The notes under the pieces are model-generated. The model was not told the origin of the DNA. It searched no databases and saw only the letters and a list, made by a program, of their open reading frames with translations. Of a stretch of DNA of 64,000 nt, positions 53,688 to 64,000 are shown piece after piece. Positions within the stretch are counted from its first letter, which is position 1. Each line of letters begins with the position of its first letter. The stretch comes from Octopus sinensis (taxonomy: Eukaryota), in NCBI RefSeq assembly GCF_006345805.1, contig NC_043004.1:64046001-64110000 (forward strand), read 5' to 3'. The translations under genes were made by a program, and so were the position numbers.

Positions 53688-53936
53688 GCTTCTTCTTCTT
53701 CTTCCATTCTTTGTGTAGCAATTTTCCTTTGTTGTCGTTCTTATCCTTCTCTTAACTATTATTTCCATGTAATTATCATTTCCCTTCCTCATTCCCTTCT
53801 TCTAGCTCTAATTCTAAATCATCATCTCTTTTTCTAATTCTTCTTCCATTTGTCACTTCAATTTCTTCTATTTATAATTATTCTCCGCGTCTTTCTTCGA
53901 CTTCGTCTTCTTATTATATTTATCATTGTTATTAAG

Positions 53937-54310
53937 ACGGCGAGCTGGCAGAATCGTTAGCACACCAGGCGAAATGCAGAGCGGTATTTTGCCCATCACT
54001 ACGTTCTGAATTCAAATTCCGCCGAGTGCGGCTTTGAATTTCATCTTTACGGGGTCAATAAAATAAGTACCAGTTGAACACTAAAATTGCTGCCCTTGTA
54101 ACAAAATTTGAAACTAATAAACTAATATTATAATTAGCTGAATCGTCAGCACACCGGGTATAATGCTCAGCAGCATTCCGTCCGTCCGTCCTCACATTCT
54201 CAGTTCAAGGTCCACTGGGGTGGAGTTTGCCTTTCCGTCTTTCGGGGTCGACATAATAAGTACCAGTTGCTTACCCTCCCAAAACTGCTACCCACGTGCC
54301 TTTAGTAGAG
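53937..54310 (+). mobile_element. Two tandem diverged family B SINEs
   Basis: GGCGAGCTGGCAGAATCGTTAGCAC..GAATTCAAATTCCGCCGAG..GGGGTCAATAAAATAAGTACCAG, then a second copy from ~54135. Confidence 0.85.
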
Positions 54311-54314
54311 AGGG

Positions 54315-54335
54315 TTATTATTATTATAATATTAA

Positions 54336-54404
<69 letters not shown>

Positions 54405-54488
54405 CATCATCATCATCATCATCATTATTATTATTATTATTATTATTATCATTATTATCATCATCATCATCATCATCATCATCAACAC

Positions 54489-54521
<33 letters not shown>

Positions 54522-54560
54522 TATTATTATTATTATTATTATTAATAGTAATATTATTAA

Positions 54561-54599
<39 letters not shown>

Positions 54600-54621
54600 C
54601 ATTATTATTATTATTATTATT

Positions 54622-54656
<35 letters not shown>

Positions 54657-54698
54657 TATTATTATTATCATCATCATCATCATCATCATCATCAACAA

Positions 54699-54773
<75 letters not shown>
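54315..54773. repeat. (ATT)n/(ATC)n mosaic expanded from the SINE tail
   Basis: Direct reading; starts immediately after the SINE 3' end. Confidence 0.92.
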
Positions 54774-56389
54774 CGGACATGTTTCGCTTCGGCCCCAAAA
54801 TGCTAGTTTGACTTTTTTCGGAAATACGTTATTCTATAAGAACTTTCACGAACGTTTCCTTAAATAAATATTATTATTTCACCGTGTCTAGAAGGTAGCA
54901 GTACGTGTGGATGTTAAGGATTACATCTCTTGCAACAAAAAGTTTCACCATATCATAATTTTAAAGTATTTTAATCAAAGCAACATCAAACACGCGTCCA
55001 TTGAACTGTGTGAAGTGGTAGGATGGGAGAGTGTTCCGCGGGGCAACGACGTTTTGGAGCTGCGGTTACTCTTGTCTCAACTCAAATATCACCTGGCATA
55101 CTACTACCGGTGTCAGTTTTAGTTATGGAGCAAGCCTAATAGACGAATACGATAACTAAAAATAGTGGGACAGCAATTACGACACAGCAGCAACAGCCTA
55201 ACATTGACAAAAGTAAGAAGACCAACTGCAGCCGCAGCAAAAGTAACAACTGCAACATGAGCGACGACAAGCACAACGACGGCAGCAACGAACGCAGCAA
55301 CACCGACAGAGTACAAAACAATATCACTACCTCCAAACATATGAATGATTCGAACAGCAATAATAGCAAGCCTGAAGGCTGTTCGATATTGCTTCGCTAC
55401 TATCCGTTAGAAATACGTCACCTGGAAACAGCTACGAAGATACAAGTACAGCTTTCCATGATGTATAGCAGGACCATCACCATATCTGTAGAGTAAGACC
55501 CTTCTGCGAAGTTGAAGTCTTGTTTGAGACTGAGACCTCACAGAAAAACCCTCAGTGGTCGCTCGTAGCGATGGCTTCTCTCTCTTCCCTACTTATTTTG
55601 GAAGATGGGTGGTAAAAGTATAATTACCGGGAGTGGGGTCAACAGAGCTAGATCTCTGAAATAATTACCTAGGATTACATTATTTAAAGTGGTGCATCAT
55701 TTTTGTTAAAGACGGTATAACGTGGTTGAGTGGGATTTGGCTTGTTACTTCGAGGGGGCGAATCAGGGACGTAGGTACAGCCTCACTGGCTCATGAGAAT
55801 GTTATTTCGTAGAGTAGTTTTATCTTCATATCAAACGTAGTAGAAGAGCTCTGTATTATAGGTGGTCTAATTGTGACCATAATGTCTGCCTTGGTCTGCG
55901 TATGTTAGCAAGGCCGAGCTCTTCCATTGGCGATATTGATGATGATGACTATGACGATGATTCTGCTGTTAATGATGAAGATAATGATGATGATGATGAT
56001 GATTATCATCATCATCCCCACCACCATCTCCAGCAACACTAGTAACCCCAACACCATCATCTTCGACATTGTCATCGTCGTTGGCGTCAGCAGCAGAAAC
56101 ACTGAATACGAGCCAGCACATGTATCCAAAATTAGTGTCAGAATATTTTAGTGCTTCACTGTTTCCGCAATCGAAAAAGACGACAAAAAAACACTGTGTT
56201 TCAATGCAGAAATTGGAACATTTTAGAAAATGTCAGTTTGTTGCAAATTGTCTGATTTTGCATCTGAAATCGGATGGATCAACGCTGAAGGAAAGAAAAA
56301 CATGCATCTGCTGTTGATAATGAACGCGCTAACATGGACATTCCATCAACGTTAAAAGAATGTGTCTGTTTGTCGTTTATTTTTTAAAT

Positions 56390-56645
56390 GGTTCAGTCAT
56401 TGAACGGTGGCCATGTTGGCGCACTGTGTTTGGATTTAGTCGAACAAATCGACAACCAGTTGTCGATGGTGGCGGGGAACAAACAGACTCAATAACACAC
56501 ACAAACGAGTACGCACGCATAAACATACACATACACACACAAAAATACATACATGCATACCTACGTGTATATTTATATATATATATACATATATATATAT
56601 TTATATATATATATATGACATGCTTCTTTTAGTCCAATATATATA

Positions 56646-56740
<95 letters not shown>

Positions 56741-56852
56741 CATATATATACATATATATATATCCATACATACATATATAAATATATATATATATATATA
56801 TAGGTGGTGCTATTAAGTTAGACATGGCCGAAACCTATCAAAGTATCAAAGT

Positions 56853-56886
<34 letters not shown>

Positions 56887-57066
56887 CGACATGCTTCTTT
56901 TAGTTTCTCTCTAGCAAATCCACTTGCAAGACTTTAGTCACCCTCAAGCTGCAATAGAAGGCACTTGCCGAAGGTGCCATGCCATGTAGCGGAACTTGTC
57001 AAAGGTTCCTCTACATGGCATGGCACTATGTGGCTGATAACCACGCTTCTTACACACAGCCACCCT
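56390..57066 (-). mobile_element. Old SINE family A with expanded internal (TA)n
   Basis: TTCAGTCATTGAACGGTGGCCATG at the left; AAATCCACTTGCAAGACTTTAGTC..CACTTGCCGAAGGTGCC..ACACAGCCAC at the right. Confidence 0.7.
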
Positions 57067-58173
57067 ACCATTATATATATTTAGAACCTTACAGAGACTC
57101 CATATAAATCTTTTTCAAAGGTGGAAGACGAACTAAATAACGCCTTCAATAACATCGTGTAAATATTGGAGATTAAATAAATCCTAAGATAGAAAAATGT
57201 TGATGCTATTGCTGTAGATGATGTTATGGCTATTTTTATTGTTGTTGCTGTTGTCGTTATTGCTTGTGATAATGTAATTCTAACTTATCTCAGATTCAGC
57301 CGAACTGAAGATATTGCATTTGAGACTGGCTTGTCTTCTCTATTTAGCCATCTGGTATCCAGGCTCTAATCAATATGAAACTTTCTCTAAACAGCACCGT
57401 CCGATGTGGGAAAGATTTGACTGCTATTCCTTGCAAGTCGAGATTTCTTCTTTAGTGCTGTCCATAATGCCGATGATGGTGCTGGTGGTGGTACTGGTGG
57501 TGGAGGCGGTGGTGGTGCTGGTGGTGGTGCTGGTGGTGCTGGTGGTGCTAGTGGTGGTGTGGCGCTGCTGCTGGTGGTGGTGATGGTGCCTAAGTTGTTG
57601 GAATTGGTGTTTGGTACAAGGTAATCTCTGATCTGACAGTTCATTAATTTAAAATACTGAATTTATAATAATTTTGCAATTTTTTTCTTCATTTCAGCCA
57701 TTAGTCAAGAATCACCTTCTACAGTGTAGCATTACTTTCATTTTTTAAGAACCTGCTGTAGTTGATAAGAAGATCTGATTCATATAACCTTCAACATGAG
57801 GTTCCTTCAACCGAAGGACAGCACCAACTTTCCCCATATTGATAGTTCTCGTATAAACCACACTAATTTACATTTATGTAAAGTTGTCCTTATTTTATTT
57901 AATTATTTGAATAAATTTAATATTTGGTTAATTTAGTGAGTGTTGGCCAAGGTAACCACACCTGTTTCGGAAAAAATCGGTTACTCGAAAAAGGCTTTGG
58001 AACCAAAGGTTCCGCGAGATCGACACTGTACCTATATTGATAGCCTTGGTGTCTTAGTTGTTTTCTATTAGATTATCACCGACTGAGAAAACCTATGGAA
58101 TTAAGAACTTGTGACTATGACTACCCCGTACTTTCGTCTCTCAGGTATACGTGTCATTATCAATGTGACAAAG

Positions 58174-58380
58174 CCAGCAAGCTGGCAGAATTGTTAGCAC
58201 GCTAGATAAAATGCTTAGCGGCATTTCCTTCCGGTTTCACATTCTGTGGTCAACTTGCTCCTAGTTCAACTATGCCTTTCACTCTTTCGTGCCTGATGAA
58301 TTAAGTACCAGGCGAGTACTGGGGTCGATGTAATCGACAAACTTCCTCCCATCAAAATGTGCTATAGTATAAAATTTCTT
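58174..58380 (+). mobile_element. Diverged family B SINE
   Basis: GCTGGCAGAATTGTTAGCACGC..GCCTTTCAC..AATTAAGTACCAG..CTGGGGTCGATGTAATCGAC. Confidence 0.8.
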
Positions 58381-59844
58381 ATAGGCTTTCTTAAGGAAGT
58401 GCAGTACGATATGAAGCAAACTTGGATATTATTTCCAACAGGTCAATACCCGCACAATAGCAATTCTGAAGGCGTTTATATAATTTTTCGTCTGTTGGTT
58501 TTTGTTTTCTTCTATTATGCATTTTTTTTTTTCGCATGGGGATTTTAAAAAAAACTTGTAATTGTTTAGCTCAAAGGATATTTCAATGTTATCGACGAAA
58601 TATAAAGGTTCCTTATAATGGGTAGCGGTTTGGGGGTAAGGAAAAGAAACCTATTGATGCCATTGATAGGAACATAGAAATGAATTCACATATAAAGATG
58701 AACATGTTCATACACACATTCATAGATAAACGCATGTGCACACGTACGAATGCAACTCATATTACTCTGACACAGACATATACTCACACATATACACCCA
58801 TACATATACACACATATGTATGTGAGAATATAATATAAATGTATATTTATATTTATTTGCATTTATATTCATATATATGGATTAGTAATTTATTATTACA
58901 TATATATATATATATATATAGAAGTACATACAGCTACACTTCACATAATCAAGGATAAACCAACGACATGTACTGCCCCCACATACACACATTAACACAT
59001 AAGCTTATACAATGTTGTGTTCGTACACATATACACGCATAAGAATCATAGAATGTTAGCGGTTTCCAATATTTAGAGTAGCCATACTAAAAGAAAAAGA
59101 CAAAGATGTCAAGTAAAAACCTTTGATAAAAACAGGAATAAAATTTCAAATATAAATATAAAGGAAATCAATGGCAAAAATTGTAACTAAAACAGTCACA
59201 GATTTAAAGAATTAAGTTCAGATTTAACTGCTTTCTGATGTTCGATTTTGATACAATCAATGAAAAAATAAGCCGAGAAAAGCTGCGAGAAATCTTATCC
59301 AAAGACCTCTATATTGGCAATTCCTGCGTTCATTATATTCCATAACAGATGGTTTGGTTATCAGGAATGAAAAATGGACGAACGCTTATATCGAAAAGTA
59401 AAATATGCATATGTATGCATGCATGGGCTGTTTCTGTCTGTGTTTGTGTGTGAGTACGTTTATGTGTGAGTGTGCGTACGTATGTGCTTCTGTATGGAGA
59501 GAGCGCTTTGTGTGTGTGTATTTGCATGTTTGTGCGTATAAACATACATAAGTGTGTGCAAGTATATATATATATATATATATATGCATAGATTCAGAAA
59601 TATAGTTTATATATATGTGCATGTATATATATATATATACATGCATATATATATAGATATATACATGCATATATATAGATATATACGCATAAATAAATGA
59701 AAATGTAAGAATATTGGGAGATATGCATAGTTATATATACATATATATATGCGTGTGTGTGAGAGTATTTATATATTCACATACATATATATATACATAT
59801 ATGCGTACATACATATATATCCATATATATAAGTAGATACATAT

Positions 59845-59877
<33 letters not shown>

Positions 59878-60215
59878 TATACATATACATACATATATAT
59901 ACATGTATATACAATTAGTAAATAAATAGAAATATTTCACAGCGTTCGATTAAAAAAAATATAGGATTTTTAGACGTGGTGGAATAAAAAAATCATTTTT
60001 TAATGGAAGTAATAAAAATAATTTACCAAGAATCTTTATATATAAGAAGCATTATTGAATTGTCAAAGAAAATAAAGAAAAAAAAACTTGATTTCTTTAG
60101 CTTGTGTATGTGATAAAGAATGAAACATCGAATTCTTCTCCAATTTTTTATGGTCGACTACTGCTTCTAACTCTTGCTCTCTTACTTCCATATCCCTCTT
60201 TCTGTATCTCTGAAC

Positions 60216-60288
<73 letters not shown>

Positions 60289-60298
60289 TGCGTGTGCA

Positions 60299-60329
<31 letters not shown>

Positions 60330-60567
60330 GTGTGTGTATACACATTATACGTACCCTCATATATGCACATTTATATATATATATATATATACACACACAC
60401 ATATATATATATATACTCTTACTAATTTTCTTACGGTTACCGTTATTTACATATGTATATATGTATACATATAGGTACACACGTATGCCTATATATGCGT
60501 ATACATAATGTCATTTTTACGATAAAATACTATTGTCTTCAATTAAAATAATGCAAGATAGTATATT

Positions 60568-60609
<42 letters not shown>

Positions 60610-60808
60610 CTCTATGTATGTATATATATATATATCTATATATGTGGGGAAGTGAATATATATATATATATAGATATATATAGATAGATATATATATATA
60701 TATATGTGTGTGTATATATATATATATATGTCTGTATGTCTGCATATGCAACTACGTTAATTACAAGTACACATAACGAAAATATATACGTGTGCATATA
60801 CATAAATA

Positions 60809-60840
<32 letters not shown>

Positions 60841-61358
60841 CATATATACATATATACATGCGTACACACGCGTGCTTGCAAGCACACACCGACACGCATT
60901 TACACACACACACACATATATACACGATTCATCATTTCAACCTGGACGACAATGATTTACGTTGGTAGCTCCGTGCCTTGCCAGATTGTTTTACATTCAG
61001 CGGGCTTTTTCTAAAGGCTGTAAAGAAATATGAGGGAAGAGAGGAAGAAACCAAATAACAACAGACGGAGTTCTCTGATTGATTTTTCACAATCTCGAAG
61101 CAGGAGGTAGAAGAAGATGTTTGTAAAGGAAGTTCCTCTTATCTCCATGGATAGAACCTTTTTCTCTGGAATTGCTGCAAAATCGCTTCTTATGTAATGC
61201 AGTACATAGATTGTAATGGACCTGTGAAATAAATTAATTATATATTAAATTAATGTTTCAAATGAGACCGTGTATATTGCTGAGAGTTAAATATTTCTAG
61301 CCACCTATGATATATACATGCATACATACATACATACATACATACATACATACATACA

Positions 61359-61390
<32 letters not shown>

Positions 61391-61450
61391 CATACATACA
61401 TACATACATATATATGTATGTATGTATGTATACACACACACATATATATA

Positions 61451-61682
61451 TATATAAGAAAAATAAAAACGGAAAATACGCACACTTACATGGTTATAGT
61501 ATAATTTTTAATGTATCGACCGGTTTCATGAAACAATGTTTAATTTATATGAAAATATATTTTTTCTTAAGAAGAAAATGGGTCCATGTTGTTGAAACCG
61601 GTATCGAAACCGGTCGATACATTAAAAATTATACTATAACCATGTAAGTGTGCGTATTTTCCATTTTTATTTTTCTTATATA
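61451..61682. repeat. Foldback inverted repeat (~77-bp arms) beginning at a hammerhead 3' half
   Basis: 61451-61527 is the reverse complement of 61606-61682 (one mismatch); the right arm begins GAAA CCGG TC GATAC. Confidence 0.9.
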
Positions 61683-61734
61683 CATTACAATCCACCACGT
61701 GGGGACAACCGAAATTCCTCTTTTCTGTTACTAC

Positions 61735-61789
<55 letters not shown>

Positions 61790-61821
61790 ATATATATATA
61801 TTCAGTATTTCACAGAAGTAT

Positions 61822-62770
61822 GTACACTCTAAAGGAAATTTGCTATATTCAATATTTTATCCCCTTTTTTAATAAATTCAGATATTGCTGATAATTTCAA
61901 TTCTAATAAAGTATTTCGCCTGGCACTTTTGCACCGGTCATTGTTATTGTATCTGCAGTAATTCTGATTTGTGTACCGTGGTGAAAATCTTCTTCATTTT
62001 TATTAAAATGACACCAAAAGGAATAGAATTCTCTGAAGATTTGAAGAGAATTATTTTCAAATTGCACAAGAATGGTTTAGGATGCAAGTTAATTACCAAA
62101 TGAATACATATTAGCGTAAACAAAGTTGCCAAGGTAATTCAGAAGTACAAAGCTGCTGGATGGTTAAGCAATTAACATCGTTCAGGTCGCCCTTCTATTT
62201 TAACTGCGCATGATATTCGCCACATCCAACGTTGCGTGATGGATGACGGGCGTCGTACCGCTTCATCTTTGTCTCAAGAAGTGCCTTTTGTTAGTGGAAA
62301 GCGTGTATCCTCCCAAACAGTTCGCCGAAGTTTCAACCAGAGTGGCATAAATCAAGTTGTCTTTCTTTTGCCGATACTTATTTGAGTAAGAGGAAGGAGT
62401 TTGGGAATAAAATTCTCTATTCTGACGAAACTAAAGACAACTTGTTTGGGTTCCATGGTATTGAATGAGTATGGCAACGACTAGATGAAGATAAAAGCGA
62501 GAAATGTACCGTTTACCGTGAAACACGGCAGCGGAAGTGTTATCCCTTGGGGATACATCAGTGTAGCTGGTGTGTATGTGTATGGTGGTGGGCTCACATT
62601 TTTTGAGAGAAGATGGATTCAAGGCTTTATTATGACATTTTGCAGAAAACAATGTTAAAAAGCATCAAGGAACTAAGAAGACATTCCATGTTCGAATATG
62701 ATAATGACGCTAGACACACTTCAAATATGGCGACTAAATTTTTATCAGATAAAACGGCAAAGGTCCCCTG
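61822..62770 (+). mobile_element. Decayed Tc1-like transposon, 3'-truncated
   Basis: MTPKGIEFSEDLKRIIFKLHKNGLG, RSGRPSILTAHDIRHI, VSSQTVRR, KILYSDETK, TVKHGSGSV..WG, FEYDNDARHTS (Tc1 DD motifs), with stops and frameshifts. Confidence 0.9.
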
Positions 62771-62854
62771 CATTCCGTAAAGCTATTCTTCTATATGATA
62801 TAGCTATCTTTCTACCTTCATTCACGTTCAAACTTAATCTTTCAATTCTCCTTC

Positions 62855-63450
62855 TTCAATTATTACATGTTTTTTAAGAACCATACTTTCACATGGCCAA
62901 CCTTATGTAGAAGCATCAGGTGTGGGACTAAAAGCAAATCTTTTTGTTTATGCACCGTGAAATAAAACAAAAAACATTGTTTATAAAGAAATATTCACTC
63001 TTACTGCAACATGAATACTTCAATTACTTAATTTGTCATTACTATCATCACATTCAAGAGTGACTAAATTACGTATTTAAATGAGCTGCATTATATAATT
63101 GCCATTACTGTATTGACAAATAAAATAACACATACAACTCATTATTATTGTCATATAATAAACAAACAGATGTTCGTGTATAAAAATCCATCTCATTTCT
63201 AATTCAATTATTACATGTTTTTCTCTTATAAAATACACATATACAGGAGGAATGAATCTAAATCTGTAATGGTAGTCTCACCCTGATTCAGATTCGAAAC
63301 TTTATGTTGGAGCATCACGGGTGGGAGTAAAAGAAAATCTTTTTGCTTATGCACCCCGAAATAATAAAAAAGAACATTGTTTATAAAGAAATATTCACTC
63401 TTAACGCAACATGAATACTCCAATAACTATTACTATCATTACACTCAAGA
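62855..63450 (+). mobile_element. Two tandem copies of a Helitron helicase C-terminus relic
   Basis: SHGQPYVEASGVG..LFVYAP*NKTKNIVYKEIF (~62889-63000) and YVGASRVG..LFAYAPRNNKKNIVYKEIF (~63303-63400) match the Pif1-like Helitron end FSHGQLYVAxSRV...TxNIVYxE. Confidence 0.8.
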
Positions 63451-63480
63451 ATGAAATCGATCTTTCTTCTACTTCAATTA

Positions 63481-64000
63481 TTGGGTTGGCAACTAAGTTC
63501 CCGCCTTTTTTTTTTAATTTTGGAATTCATTGCGCTTTTAAATTTTGGAATTTATTTTTTCGAGAATTCTATTTTTGAATAATTTTGGAATATATTTTGT
63601 TTTGTTTTTTTTCTCATTAATTGTAGTTAATTTTTGTTTATTTCAGATCATTAAAATGGAAGGTAAAGTTAAGAAAATCGAGCATTTTCGACACCTTCTT
63701 TTTGCTTTCAATCACGGTTCTAAGGTCGCAAAAGCTGCTCTCGACATTTATGCTGTGTATGGAGAGGGTGCCATACTGAAAGGACCGCTTGTGATTGGTA
63801 TGCCAAGTTCAAAAATGGAAATTTTGACCTCAAAGACGCACCTCGTTCTGGCCGGCTAGTTGAGTTCGATGAAGAGCGATTAAACCAACTTTTGCACGAA
63901 AATTCCCGTCAAACGACAATGGAAATGGCAGAGAAAATGGAATGCTCCCACACTGCTGGTTTGCTTGCTCGTCACCGCTCAGCTCATGGACACAAGCAAC
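63481..64000 (+). mobile_element. Mariner transposon 5' part, runs off the window
   Basis: TA-TTGGGTTGGCAACTAAGTTC TIR; EHFRHLLFAFNHGSKVAKAALDIYAVYGEGAI, then after a frameshift WYAKFKNGNFDLKDAPRSGRLVEFDEERLNQLL. Confidence 0.93.

Noticed and set aside
57722-58028. Possible pogo/Tigger-like MITE (TACAGTGT...ACACTGTA)
   Set aside because: Inverted match is only 8 bp including TA.

Overview
AT-rich eukaryotic DNA, intergenic or intronic, with no intact host gene that I can support. The very dense (TA)n/(CA)n/(TATG)n microsatellites and the tRNA-derived SINE families suggest a coleoid cephalopod, probably Octopus (inferred from repeat content). Recognisable content: many SINE copies from at least three families, decayed Tc1/mariner elements (mariner, Tc1, DD41D-like), Helitron pieces, an RTE LINE 3' end, a Penelope-like (PLE) reverse-transcriptase relic, and a ~4 kb tandem duplication that may be an assembly artefact. 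Nearly all ORFs in the track are microsatellite or SINE noise. The main hidden signal is a set of short, mutually dissimilar non-coding elements in or beside (TA)n tracts. Each carries a type I hammerhead ribozyme fold (stem I-CUGANGA-stem II-GAAA-stem III-UH-stem I), usually with a palindromic stem III and a long stem II, and several form foldback inverted repeats. One (42.4-42.9 kb) is a 423-bp unit bounded by direct repeats, resembling a retrozyme or PLE pseudo-LTR. All folds were read by eye; none was computed or tested.
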